DNA from: Thermoplasmata archaeon
GTDB lineage: Archaea; Thermoplasmatota; Thermoplasmata; GCA-020350865
NCBI GenBank assembly: GCA_020348445.1
Contig: CP070751.1
Span: forward strand, 4,032,662-4,096,661
DNA: 64,000 bases
Reading direction: 5' to 3'
Shown piece after piece: positions 30,065 through 41,400 of the stretch (positions within the stretch are counted from its first letter, which is position 1; each line of letters opens with the position of its first letter). Position numbers and translations under genes: made by a program. The notes beneath the pieces were generated by a model. It was given only the letters and a program-made list of their open reading frames with translations. It had not been told where the DNA came from and ran no database searches.

Positions 30065-31621
30065 CTACCTTTTTCTGTCATAGTACTGTGACCAGTCCTG
30101 AGGGCCGTTCTGGTACGGGGTGTGCCTGTCATAGGTACTCTCGAATCCTTCAGGTTTCTTGCCCTTGCCCCGCTGATGCACGATAATTGCCATAACCACA
30201 ACCACGGCCACAAATATTAGAGCACCAAAGCAGAGGGCAAGTAAGGGGCGCAAATTTGTATCAGATTCTGTCTTTTCCGAAATCTCGAAGGTCATCTCAC
30301 CCTCCATTCCGGGATCATGGTAAATCGAATCCCCGCCTGGATAGCTCAATCCACCTTGAAGGGCAAATCCGGTATACAACCTTCCCCATCTCCCTTTTAA
30401 TGTGAAGGCCATACCAGCCTGAACTTGGGCGTACATCTGCTTCTCTTCCCCGTCCACAGTGACATCAGAAACCCAGGTGAACTTCCCTATTCTGCTCCAG
30501 TTCCCCTCGAAATCGATTCTGTTTGCCTTTAATTTTCTGGGGCCTTTATCTTCCGGATCATCGGCACTGGATTTTTCCATCTCTCCGTTTTGTTTCATGT
30601 ATCTTGCCTTTCCGTCCTCGCCAAGACGATTCATGAACTGGGCCTTGAACCACCGGGTCGTGGTGGCGGGAACGAAGTTGCCCAAAATGGCCTTGAATTC
30701 CATTAGAAGGGACTCGTTTGTGAAATACGGATTGTAATCCCATCCCTGGATTTCATGATCCCATTTCACCCCATACATGGCCTTCTTTCCATTGTATGTG
30801 AGGTTTTCTATTCGCTCAGAGCTTAGAATAGGCCATGCATCAGCCTCGTCCTTTTTGTCTGGATCATCTGTTACAGTAACATAGTACTGGGGTACGGTCA
30901 CGTTGTCCACTTCCACGAGCTTGGCTCTGAGATGGAACGTGAACTGCAGCTTCTCTAGGACGTTTTCCTCATTTGCTGGATCCCAGGGCCAAAGGGGCCA
31001 CACCTTCTCATAATTCAGATTTTCGGCTGTTAAGGAAAATTCCCAGGTCTTTTCTTGATTTGTTTTGTCCTCTGATGTTGTTACTTCAGATGCAGTCCAA
31101 GCAGTTGCGAGATCGATTTTCTTGTTGCACAAAGGCTCGTAATCCCATAAATCCCACCAGTAATCTGGATCCTTATTTCTTTTGAAATTGAATATCCCGT
31201 CGCCGTTTGTATCGTTGAATTCCAGCATTGTCTCCAATTTCATGCCGTAGAATGTGTAAACCTTGATTGGAAAGTTCTTTTCCTTGAGCTCCCCGTCATC
31301 ATCGTAAACCTGGGCAACTCCCAGATACCGGGCCTGAATAACAAAGGGTATTATGGAATTGGGATTATCCTTTGTTCCCCATATAACACCAAAAGCTGCG
31401 TCCATGCCGCCTTCTTCGGATCCAAAGGCGATCATGTAGTAATCACCACCTCCGTATTTATCGGTGGTTCCCTTGTCCGTATATATATGTTTGTTCCTCA
31501 CCTTTTCTTTGTCTCCTAAGGCGGTACCACCCACTACTAATATACTTGTTAAAAGCAGAAGGACCGCCACCCACACGCAAGTTAGCTTCCTTATTTTTCT
31601 CATGTCGCTCACCATTTTCAT
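30065..31621 (-). CDS. Secreted, C-terminally membrane-anchored hypothetical protein
   Basis: N-terminal signal peptide, EF-hand-like DTNGDG, C-terminal TM helix followed by a basic tail. Confidence 0.7.
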   Translation of the reverse strand: MKMVSDMRKIRKLTCVWVAVLLLLTSILVVGGTALGDKEKVRNKHIYTDKGTTDKYGGGDYYMIAFGSEEGGMDAAFGVIWGTKDNPNSIIPFVIQARYLGVAQVYDDDGELKEKNFPIKVYTFYGMKLETMLEFNDTNGDGIFNFKRNKDPDYWWDLWDYEPLCNKKIDLATAWTASEVTTSEDKTNQEKTWEFSLTAENLNYEKVWPLWPWDPANEENVLEKLQFTFHLRAKLVEVDNVTVPQYYVTVTDDPDKKDEADAWPILSSERIENLTYNGKKAMYGVKWDHEIQGWDYNPYFTNESLLMEFKAILGNFVPATTTRWFKAQFMNRLGEDGKARYMKQNGEMEKSSADDPEDKGPRKLKANRIDFEGNWSRIGKFTWVSDVTVDGEEKQMYAQVQAGMAFTLKGRWGRLYTGFALQGGLSYPGGDSIYHDPGMEGEMTFEISEKTESDTNLRPLLALCFGALIFVAVVVVMAIIVHQRGKGKKPEGFESTYDRHTPYQNGPQDWSQYYDRKR

Positions 31622-31747
31622 TTGATATATTTGAATTTCAGCTTTAAATACCTGCTGCGCTCTTTTACGCTGATTCTATCAACTATTCTCTACTTCTATC
31701 AATCAGACCATCACTTTTTTAAATTGAAAAGACCTTATTAGGAAAGG

Positions 31748-34666
31748 ATGCCTTCCTCCATCGCCTTATCACAGAAAAAACGCCTTTTGCTTTACCTTGA
31801 AAGATTTGAAAGGTTCCAAACTGCCTGGGAGGTGCCCTATGGTGTCTCACAGGATGGGATCGGAGAGGCACTGGATATATTAATAAACAACGTGTCAAGA
31901 ACCTTATCCGGCATGGTGGAGGAAAACCTGGTGGTTTCCAGGCTAGCACATGTGCAGGGTATTTTAAGGCGCAGGAGGGTTTATTTTCTATCGGACTTGG
32001 GAAGGCAGGAGGCTGCACTCTTAAAATCCAATTTGGACGCCGCTTTGGTTCCTTACAATAATCCTGAAGGAAAAACCGAGGAACTAGCTTTGTCAAAGGT
32101 TCGTGATACAATCTCGCAGATTGCCCGAAGACCTGTTTCTGTATTCGATGTAATGGAATATCTACGAACAAGGGATGTTGTATCTGCACAAGAATTCTTA
32201 AAGTTTGTTGATAAGAGGATGGAGGTACCCAAGGAAACCGAGATTCCTAAGGTGAAATTGGTTCATCGAATTTCTGCCATGCCATCGACTCAGAACTTTG
32301 TAGGAAGGGAAAAGGAACTTGAGATCCTCAGAAATTGGATTAAATCGAAAAACAAACCAATTATTGTTATTCAGGGGATCGCAGGAATTGGGAAAACTGC
32401 ATTGGCTGCTAGATTTGCAGATGAATGTAAAGACAAGAAAAATCTCTTTTGGTTCAGGTTCCATGAATGGGACTCTCTAAGAAGTCTGGCTGACGAGCTT
32501 GGACAGTTTCTTTCAGAATCCGGCAGAAAGCAAATGACAGCAAAACTGAGGGGCAAAAAGAGTCTTGAAATAACTGAGTTCGGAAACCTTTTAATGGACG
32601 AGATACAAGGGCTTCCTGCCCTTTTGTTTTTTGATGATACACAAAAGGCTGCAAGCCAGATGATATCCTTTCTGGGCTTTATAGTTGAGAGATGGAACAA
32701 TCCTCACGATGTGGGTATCATAATATTATCAAGGGAATTGGGCAAGTTCTATGACTCAAGAGATGCTCATGTAAGGAAGGTCATATTTGAGATACCTTTA
32801 GGAGGACTGGATGTAGAGCAAAGCAAACAACTTCTTGGACCCGAATTTTCTGAAAAATCCCAGGAGATTTATGGTTTTACAAAGGGCCATCCCCTTTTTC
32901 TTGAGCTAATCAAGTCCAGTGAAAGAATGGAATTCAGCCAAGATATCAACACGTTTTTGGAGCACGAGATTCTATCGGGTCTCGATACCCAGAAGAAGGA
33001 GATACTGGAAAAATTGAGTGTGTTTCGCAATCCTGTTCCCATACCTCACATTTTGGGGGAGGAAATGGATTATGCATTGATATCTTCCCTTTCTAAAAAA
33101 GGGCTGGTCGAGGAAACTCAAAAGAACCTTCTCGAGTCCCATGAGCTGATTAAAGGATTTATCTACAATCGATTGCCTTTTGAGAAGATCAATATGCTTC
33201 ATAAAAATGCTGTTAAGTATTATCTGGATTTGGAGGAGAGCCAACGCGAAGGAGGAGTGGAAGCTTTATATCATCTTCAGAAAGCAGGGGAAATAAAACG
33301 CGCTGTGGAATTAGCTGGGACCATCTCATATGCAATTGCCGATCTGGGATTACCAGAGATAAGAAAGCTATTTTCAGAGTTTAGAGTCGATACCCTTTCA
33401 GAACAGGAATATGCCGGATTGTTATTTATCAAGGGCGAGATCTTAGCGCACCATGATGAATGGTTCGAAGCCCTGAAGAATTATCAGGAATGCCTGAGAT
33501 TGAATACGCAAATGCAAGCTCCTCCTGAAAAATTGGCAGAGCTTCACAACCGCATCGGAGAAGCTCAAAGAAATGTAAAAAAGTGGGAGGAGACAATTAC
33601 CTCTCATTCAAAAGCCCTGAGCATATTTGAGAAGGTGGGGGACAAAAGGAACCTAGCAAAGGAGCATCTGAGCCTGGGCATAGTGTACAAGGAGATGAAG
33701 AACTTTCAATCTGCAAGTAAGCACTATGAAAAAAGCAGGGAAATCCTATTGGACCTCCAAGATAAAAGAGGACTTGCCGCAGTATACAACAACCTTGGGA
33801 TGCTGAATTTGGAATTTGGCAAGTTTGGCAAGGCTAAGGAGAACTTTGATGAGGCTATGAAATTGAACAGTGAGATGGGAGATTTGATTTCCTTGGCCAT
33901 AACAAGGCAGAACCTCGGTGATTTGGCCCTAGTAAAACAGGAATATGAAGAGGCCACCTATGAGCTGAAACAAAGTCAGGATATATTTTCTGCAATCGGG
34001 CGTACAAAGGAAGCTCAAGAGCTTGCTTTGAAATTAGGAAACTTGTATGTGGAGATAGACGAGCCAAACAAGGCCATCGAAGCGTACAAAAAGGGCCTTG
34101 ATCTTGAAAGTGGTGCTGAATTGGAGTTTCCTAGGAAAAAGAGATTATTTAAAAAAACAGAACAGGCCAAAGAAGGTTATACAAAAAACACTGCAAGGCT
34201 CCACAGCAGAATTGCTACAGTTTACAGGGATATGCAGATGTGGGATGAATGTTATGTTCAAAGGGCAAGAGCCCTCGAAGTATTTGAAAAACTCGGTGAT
34301 ACTGGTTCCATACCCACGGAACTTTTAGAGCAAGGCTTTGACTTTGAGGATTCAAAAAAATATGATCTCGCGATTATGTCCCTTAGAAGAGGATTGGATT
34401 TAGTTAAAAGGGTAAATGACAGACATGGAGAGGTTGCCTTTTTCCTGAATCTGGCTAGGATTTATTCAAAAAAGGCAGATTTGCACAATGCAATAAGATC
34501 ATCGGAAAGTGCACTTACCCTTGCCGAGGAGATTCAGGACTGGATCGGTGCAAATAAAGCATGTGATATTCTTTATGAACTACACAATGAGCAGGGTAAT
34601 GAAAAGGAGAAGAAAATATATTCTCAAAAAGCCAAAGACATCAAAAAGAGGATGGGAAAAAGATAA
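31748..34666 (+). CDS. STAND-class NTPase with N-terminal wHTH and C-terminal TPRs
   Basis: 'FVGREKEL', Walker A GIAGIGKT, Walker B LLFFDD, GHPL motif, TPR array. Confidence 0.85.
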   Translation: MPSSIALSQKKRLLLYLERFERFQTAWEVPYGVSQDGIGEALDILINNVSRTLSGMVEENLVVSRLAHVQGILRRRRVYFLSDLGRQEAALLKSNLDAALVPYNNPEGKTEELALSKVRDTISQIARRPVSVFDVMEYLRTRDVVSAQEFLKFVDKRMEVPKETEIPKVKLVHRISAMPSTQNFVGREKELEILRNWIKSKNKPIIVIQGIAGIGKTALAARFADECKDKKNLFWFRFHEWDSLRSLADELGQFLSESGRKQMTAKLRGKKSLEITEFGNLLMDEIQGLPALLFFDDTQKAASQMISFLGFIVERWNNPHDVGIIILSRELGKFYDSRDAHVRKVIFEIPLGGLDVEQSKQLLGPEFSEKSQEIYGFTKGHPLFLELIKSSERMEFSQDINTFLEHEILSGLDTQKKEILEKLSVFRNPVPIPHILGEEMDYALISSLSKKGLVEETQKNLLESHELIKGFIYNRLPFEKINMLHKNAVKYYLDLEESQREGGVEALYHLQKAGEIKRAVELAGTISYAIADLGLPEIRKLFSEFRVDTLSEQEYAGLLFIKGEILAHHDEWFEALKNYQECLRLNTQMQAPPEKLAELHNRIGEAQRNVKKWEETITSHSKALSIFEKVGDKRNLAKEHLSLGIVYKEMKNFQSASKHYEKSREILLDLQDKRGLAAVYNNLGMLNLEFGKFGKAKENFDEAMKLNSEMGDLISLAITRQNLGDLALVKQEYEEATYELKQSQDIFSAIGRTKEAQELALKLGNLYVEIDEPNKAIEAYKKGLDLESGAELEFPRKKRLFKKTEQAKEGYTKNTARLHSRIATVYRDMQMWDECYVQRARALEVFEKLGDTGSIPTELLEQGFDFEDSKKYDLAIMSLRRGLDLVKRVNDRHGEVAFFLNLARIYSKKADLHNAIRSSESALTLAEEIQDWIGANKACDILYELHNEQGNEKEKKIYSQKAKDIKKRMGKR

Positions 34667-34677
34667 TTTCGTATGTC

Positions 34678-35727
34678 TTAAAGCCCCGGTCTCATTGGTG
34701 TTCTGTATAACATGGTTGTTATGAATAGGAACCATATTGAAGGTAATAAGAACAGCCCGATGGCCCCTAAAATCCCGATGTTGTCAACAACTAAGAAAGG
34801 ACAGGCCAGCCAGGTCAAGACCCCATCCTTGACAATAAAACCAATGTAACTTGATCTTGTATGTCTTCCTATCATTTTATAGATTGAATAAAGCTGCGAT
34901 GGCAAGCCGATAACAAGGAATATAACAAGGTACAAGGGTAGCCCATAGAAATAAAGCGTAAATTCAAAATTTACCACTCCGATACTATCCAAAAGAAAGG
35001 GCACAAGAAACATCACTATAAGGAAGTACTTGATGATCACACCGAAAAGAAGGTTTTTATCCCTCAATCCAAGGTTCTGATCATGTGTATATCCCCATAC
35101 CACGGCCCTTGTCGGCACGTTGAGGAGCCTATCCGTTTCCACATCCTTGACCGCGTTTCCCCACTGTATAAAAACCTCGAACAAAAAGATAATTATAGCA
35201 GCGACTATGGCCATGGGATACAGAAGTGTTTCCCTTATTCCGCCGAACTCTCCAACTGCAGAGGCTCCATATAGAACATAGAAAAACAGACCTATTGCCA
35301 GTGTGACATCGTAGGCCCATGGCGTGTATTTACCTTTTAAGCTGTAAGCGGCAGCAAAGACATTGGCCAAGGTAAAGAATATCAGTGTTGTTCTGTTGGG
35401 GAAGAACCATATCACCAGGACATAACTTACAAATATACAAAATAACGTGAACGAAAAACCTTGTACAAGACTGATGTCACCCTTTACCAAGGGTTTATGG
35501 GAGATTTCAGGCACCTTTTTATCGAGCTCATAGTCGCATATCTCATTTAAAGCGCATCCAAATGCATGTGAAAAGAATCCCACAGCACAAAATACTACAA
35601 TCTGCCACCAGTGTACAACCACTCCAACACTGTAAGCGCCGAGGATGGCGGCTCCCGCCGTGAGCATGGCTGAAAATACTCTTCCCAGCTCAAAATAACG
35701 TTTTACACGCCTTGCCAGTTTTCCCAT
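34678..35727 (-). CDS. UbiA-family prenyltransferase
   Basis: NEICDYELD and NAVKDVETD motifs; multiple TM helices. Confidence 0.8.
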   Translation of the reverse strand: MGKLARRVKRYFELGRVFSAMLTAGAAILGAYSVGVVVHWWQIVVFCAVGFFSHAFGCALNEICDYELDKKVPEISHKPLVKGDISLVQGFSFTLFCIFVSYVLVIWFFPNRTTLIFFTLANVFAAAYSLKGKYTPWAYDVTLAIGLFFYVLYGASAVGEFGGIRETLLYPMAIVAAIIIFLFEVFIQWGNAVKDVETDRLLNVPTRAVVWGYTHDQNLGLRDKNLLFGVIIKYFLIVMFLVPFLLDSIGVVNFEFTLYFYGLPLYLVIFLVIGLPSQLYSIYKMIGRHTRSSYIGFIVKDGVLTWLACPFLVVDNIGILGAIGLFLLPSIWFLFITTMLYRTPMRPGL

Positions 35728-35731
35728 ATCT

Positions 35732-36952
35732 TCACCTTAATGAAGGCAGGAATTTACCAAGTTTCAGGACGATTTTGGGGTAGTTGCGAAGAACAGGCCA
35801 TATCATCCGAAGGCCCATAGAGCCCAAATCTGTTTGGCTGTCAATATCGCCAGGAACCTCTCTTGTACCTATCTGCTCGCACAATTTGTCAAGCTTCTCG
35901 TCAGGCATCTCCTCTATTAATTCCTTGAATATCTCAAAGGCCTTAAACCGTCTAGCAAATTCCTTGTTCCACTGCTTCTCGTATGCCTTTAAGAACTTAG
36001 CTGAGCAGTCTCCATTCTTAGCTGCAGATGCAGCAACCTCTCCCGCGATTATCCCGGCCCGAATACCGAATTTCATTCCTCCACCTGTTGCTGGGTTGAC
36101 CTGCCTTGCTGCGTCCCCTACAACCATGATGCCGTTGTCCACCATTTTTTTTACCACACCACCTACTGGGACAGGCCCAACATTGAACTCAATTATGCTC
36201 CCGTTTCTCAGTCTCTCGTCCTTTTCCACGAATTCCCTTAGGTAGGCCAAGGCAGTTTTTGGGTCGTTTCCTGCGATACCAAGGCCTACATTAGCAAATC
36301 CCTTTTGTTTTGGAAGTATCCAGAAACCTCCTCCAGGAGCCACCTTCCCAAGATAAATCTCTGATATTTTTGGATCGATATTCACATTGGCCATCTGAAA
36401 CTGTGCACAGCTTGCAAATTTTTTGATATCGCTGTATATTTCCATACCCGCCCATTTGGCGACATTGGAGGAGGGACCATCGGCAGCAATCACCACCCTT
36501 GATTTAACTTCCCTTATCTCATCTATATGTTTGAGTTTTATTCCAGTTACAAATCCGTTGTCCTTAAGAACTCCAATTGCAGGGGTTTTTGTATAGATGT
36601 GCGCACCCGAATTAGCGATCTTCACGGCAAGGAGCTTTTCGAACATCTTCCTTTCCAGAATCACACCAGGTGTCTTTTGGCCTTCTGGCATAATAAGCTC
36701 GATTTTCTTTTTATTTGGAGAGTACATTCTAATTATCCTGACATCGTCGTTGGCAACAAAGCTCGGGTCGGGTTTTAGTCCCAATTCCTCAATGGAAGAG
36801 AGGGCAAGGGATTCGCCGCACTGAACAGGGGTTCCTATTGCTGCATGATCCTCTATGACCAGAACTTTTGCACCGTGGTCCACAGCCGATTTTGCAGCAG
36901 CTAAACCTGCAGGGCCTGCACCCACCACTATTACATCGTAACTGGAATCCAT
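35732..36952 (-). CDS. Geranylgeranyl reductase (digeranylgeranylglycerophospholipid reductase family)
   Basis: VGAGPAG, P..CG, AADG, VGDAA..V.P.TGGG. Confidence 0.9.
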   Translation of the reverse strand: MDSSYDVIVVGAGPAGLAAAKSAVDHGAKVLVIEDHAAIGTPVQCGESLALSSIEELGLKPDPSFVANDDVRIIRMYSPNKKKIELIMPEGQKTPGVILERKMFEKLLAVKIANSGAHIYTKTPAIGVLKDNGFVTGIKLKHIDEIREVKSRVVIAADGPSSNVAKWAGMEIYSDIKKFASCAQFQMANVNIDPKISEIYLGKVAPGGGFWILPKQKGFANVGLGIAGNDPKTALAYLREFVEKDERLRNGSIIEFNVGPVPVGGVVKKMVDNGIMVVGDAARQVNPATGGGMKFGIRAGIIAGEVAASAAKNGDCSAKFLKAYEKQWNKEFARRFKAFEIFKELIEEMPDEKLDKLCEQIGTREVPGDIDSQTDLGSMGLRMIWPVLRNYPKIVLKLGKFLPSLR

Positions 36953-37055
36953 ATTCTCACATCCATTGTAGACACATACCTAGCTGTAAATAAGGATTTC
37001 TGATTACATGGAAACCTACTTATGTTACCTGGTTCATTCCCAAGCAGGGAGAAAC

Positions 37056-38240
37056 TTGCCTATCTGGGGGAGAAAGAAGAGAGAAGCTGAAGAGGAGCTA
37101 TCCTCGGCAAAGAAGCTCATCATCAAGGTCAAGAAAAAAGGAATTGACACATCCGAGGCCCAGGAGCTCTACAAAGAGGCGAAAAGGGCTATCAAGAACG
37201 GAAAGTACGGCATCGCCGCGAAAAAAATTGAGGAGGCAAAGAAATCCGCTAAAAAGGCCTATGCAAAGGGAATTAAAAGGAAGTTGGAGCTCAGAATCTC
37301 GAAACTGAAAAAGAAAATAAAAGATATGGAGGCAAAAAACCTCGATTCTGAAAAGGCCAATAAAAAATTGAAAAAAGCCAGAACATCTCTTAAGGCCGGA
37401 ATAAAATCCTACAAGGAAGGTTTGAAGCATGCAAAAGAGGGTCTCAAAATAGCACAAGCCAAGGTGCAAGCATTCAATAAGGTATCCAGTTTGCAGGCTT
37501 CTACAAGTGCCATGCTCAGAAGAATCGAGGATCAAAATCCCGATTTATCTAAAATAAAAGACTTTAGGGTGAGACTTGCCAAATTGGATGATGTAAAGGC
37601 CAAAAGGGAAATTGAAGAGGCTCTTGTTCAGGCACAGAAGCTGAATGCCGAGGTCAAGATTTTCAAGGAGCGCTATTTTAAAGTCTATGAGGCTATTAGT
37701 GCCCTAAAAAAGGTGGTGGCGGATGTGGAGGTTCTGGGTGCGAACATCGATGCCCAATCCAAATTGGATGAAGCAATGGCATTATTATCCAGTCAAAAAT
37801 TCAAAACTGCACGCAAATTAGCCTTTGAGAGCACAAAGGAGATATCAGACTTCTTGTCAAAATACAGGGATGCAAAATATCACGTTGATATGGCCCAGGA
37901 AAAGGTACTGGAGGTAAAAGGATGGGGTTTTTCGGCTTTTGATGCTGAGAAGACCTTAAATTCCTCAAAGGAGGCACTAAATGAAAACCGCTTTGAGGAG
38001 GCCATTGAAAGATCAAAGGAAGCAAAAGAGAAGGCAAGTACCATCAGAGAGAGGCATGCTCACTCCCTCGAATTGATACATTCTGCAAGGGATGAGATTG
38101 CGAAAATAAAGACAAAAGGTGCAGATATAACAGAATATGAGGATATTATCAACAAGGCCGAGGATGAGTTCAATCGCGGCGATTATGGGGCTTCAGACGA
38201 GAAGATCAAAGGTTTTTTTGAAATGATAATAAAACAATGA
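37056..38240 (+). CDS. All-helical, charged coiled-coil repeat hypothetical protein
   Basis: Repeating 'A...L..AK......Y..A' helices; TTG start at 37056 after GGGAG (track starts at 37008). Confidence 0.7.
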   Translation: MPIWGRKKREAEEELSSAKKLIIKVKKKGIDTSEAQELYKEAKRAIKNGKYGIAAKKIEEAKKSAKKAYAKGIKRKLELRISKLKKKIKDMEAKNLDSEKANKKLKKARTSLKAGIKSYKEGLKHAKEGLKIAQAKVQAFNKVSSLQASTSAMLRRIEDQNPDLSKIKDFRVRLAKLDDVKAKREIEEALVQAQKLNAEVKIFKERYFKVYEAISALKKVVADVEVLGANIDAQSKLDEAMALLSSQKFKTARKLAFESTKEISDFLSKYRDAKYHVDMAQEKVLEVKGWGFSAFDAEKTLNSSKEALNENRFEEAIERSKEAKEKASTIRERHAHSLELIHSARDEIAKIKTKGADITEYEDIINKAEDEFNRGDYGASDEKIKGFFEMIIKQ

Positions 38241-38427
38241 TTAATTGAATAATTATCAAAAAGGATACCAAATTGTTCGTGTTTTTGTTGGTGTATAAGA
38301 TGGTTATAACCATATAATCCTTATATATAAGATTATTAATAAGCCAATCTAGCAATCTTATTATGCAATCCAAAAATTTACCAAGTGTTGGCAAAGAATA
38401 TTAAATATCAAAAGAGGAGGCCCCAGG

Positions 38428-41400
38428 ATGAGAGAAAAGGTAAGAAGAAAGGTAAGAAAGAAGATAGTGTGGGATGATAAAGGTGTATCCGAGATAATCG
38501 CAGACATCTTGATATTGTCCATTACAGTTGTCTTGTTTGCGGTTATATTCGCGTTCGTTTATAGCTTACCCGCCCCAAATGAGTCAACGTATGCGGATTT
38601 GGATGCCAGCGTTATTTTGGATCCCACGGGTGGGAGAATCAATATTACCCATAATAGTGGAGAGGACTTGGCTGAAGCTAATACGGTTATAATTTTATAC
38701 AAAAACGCTGGAAGACCAGGTGAAGTGATAAGAGAACTACACTTAAGAAGTCCAACGGGTGACGCGGACAATCCAGCTAGTAAAGGCGGTTATGGCCTTG
38801 AAGTTGACGATATCTGGTCGCCTGGGGAAATATGGACTTACTATTTTGGAGGGGTAAAATCAACTGATATTTTAGAAGTAAGGGTAGTGGATACTAGATT
38901 TGATAACCTCGTTATGTCAGGCTTGCTCCTTGGCGGTGGTGCAAACGATGCTCCAATAATTATGGAAAGATGGTACGATCCAGATCCTGCAGCCAATGCG
39001 ACAATGCTTAATCTTTATGTCTATGTCAGGGACCCTGACGGTTTTGGTGACATCAGCGCACCCGGGGCCATTTCCGCGGATGTCAGCCACTTGAGCTCAA
39101 ACCAAACGATCTATGATTTCTACGAGGTGAGTCATACCCCTGATACAGGTCTTTTTAAAGCGAACTTCACCATGGACAAAGGCCAGGGAACCTATCTGGT
39201 TACCATAAAAGCAGAGGATAACTCTGGACTTGTGGATAGGGCACGAATGGTTATACGTGTGACCTATACTGTTTTGAATTCACCGAGGATTATGGAAAGG
39301 TATACCATTCCGGCAGTGGGTGTAAATGGGTCAGACATCACGGTCTACGCCAAGGTGCAAGATGTAGATGGTTATGATAACATAGACTACGTTACAGTCG
39401 ATATCGGACCTTTAGAGAATCCCAATGGTTCATCTAATGTCGTAAATATGATGGATCCAGAAAGGGATGGTACATTCGAGTACTCCACAGTTGCTTATGT
39501 GCCAATAGGCGATCAGTACAGATTGAATTTCACTGCAATGGACATCACCCAATTGGAGGACTCGGCTCACCTGAACGTTTCTGTGTCCAAGTTCAGACCC
39601 GTTATCTCAAGGACATGGACTGTGCCAGTCATTGGACGAGACCAAGAGATGTTAACAATATCTGCCGAGGTTTTCGATTATGATGGCTACAGCGATATAT
39701 CAGAAGTTATGGTGAATGCAACAAATCTTGATCCCTCCTTGGGATGGGAAAGCATGACTGATCCTGAGCAGGACGGTATATTCGAATACAATCTAACCAT
39801 AGACATCGGTTGGGGAGGCAATAAGACCGTCGACTTTCTGGCGAGGGACATAATCGGAAACGAGGTCACTGCACAGATGAAGGTCTTCATTTCAACAAGA
39901 AATCCACCAGTCATTTTGGAGAGATGGACAGATCCCCACTTCCCCGATAACAATTCATATGTAAGGATCTTTGCAAGGGTAATGGATCCTGACGGTTATG
40001 AGGACATCAACGCAACAGGCGCAGTTAGGGTGAATATTGCGGAGTTGGACAGGAGCTTGAGCTTCTCAGATGGTTGGATTAATATGACAGATTCGAACTG
40101 GGATGGTAATTTCATAACATCTTATTTGGTAGACCAGGAGTCAGGCACTTACCAGATTTATTTCCATGTCACGGATTTGGGAGGCAATCAAGCAAACGCC
40201 ACATTGAACGTCACGATACTGCCATACAGACCAAGGTTTTTAAATATCTGGACCAATCCGCAAGTTGGAAGGAATGGGAGTCAAATCCAGATATTTGCCA
40301 ATGTGATGGATCCCAATGGTTATGCAGACATTGCAAATGTGACCGTTGATATAGTTCAACTGAATGAATCATACAGTCCCCTTTCATCTTATTGGGTGAA
40401 CATGACTGATTACAATCAAAACGGCACTTTTGCGTATGAGATGATGATAAATGTCAGCGAAACAGACCTTTACAACCTCAACTTCACTGTTATGGACAGT
40501 GATGGGAACCCGGCCACCACAAGCCATCTGCTTTTGGTTACATCCTATAAACCAACGATTGTAGATGCATGGTACTCTCCAAAGCCTGCCGTAAACGGGT
40601 CCAATGTTACGATCTTCGCATGGGTAAAGGATGATGACGGTATCGACGACATCACATCAGTTATCCTCAACGTCAGCGAACTGAATACCAACTTCACCTG
40701 GGTCAATATGACTGATCCCGATGAAAACGGCATATATGAGAATCTAACATTGATCAACGCCATAAACGTTACTGGACAATACAATGTGACCATAGTCGTA
40801 TTTGATACCACTGGCAATTCATACAACAAGTCTTTCAAAATTGAGATTGCCACGATAGGAGACGCACCTGAGGAGGAAAATCCCACTGTCTTTGGCATGG
40901 CGAATCCAAATGCTGCTGGTGGAGGAAGCTATGTTTATTTCTCTGCATATGCAAGAAACGGATCCGCACCTGGGGAGAAAATATCCTCGGTTATTTTCCA
41001 ATGGGAAGGTATTTGGTATACCATGACCCGGATTTTCGAAAATTATTTCAGATATTCTGGTTCATTTATGGCTCCTTTATGGGGTGAAACGAAGTCTGTT
41101 CCGGTGAGTGTGCAGGCACTTAATTCTTCAGGGGGTGTAGTTGCCACAGATACCATCAACCTGCTGGTTTTATACGATGAGACTGGCGGCGAGGTAAGAA
41201 AGGCAACAGCACTTCAAAAGATGGTGGCTTGGATTGCGCACGATCAGGGTTTCGTTATCACAAATAACAAGACCTCGAATAAGACGGTTCAGGTTTTCGA
41301 GATGTTCGATGATAAGGATAAATTCTGTCATATAAAAATCGGGAGCAATACAATAACTAACACCGAGAAAGCCAACATAATCAGGATAACCAGCAGAGTG

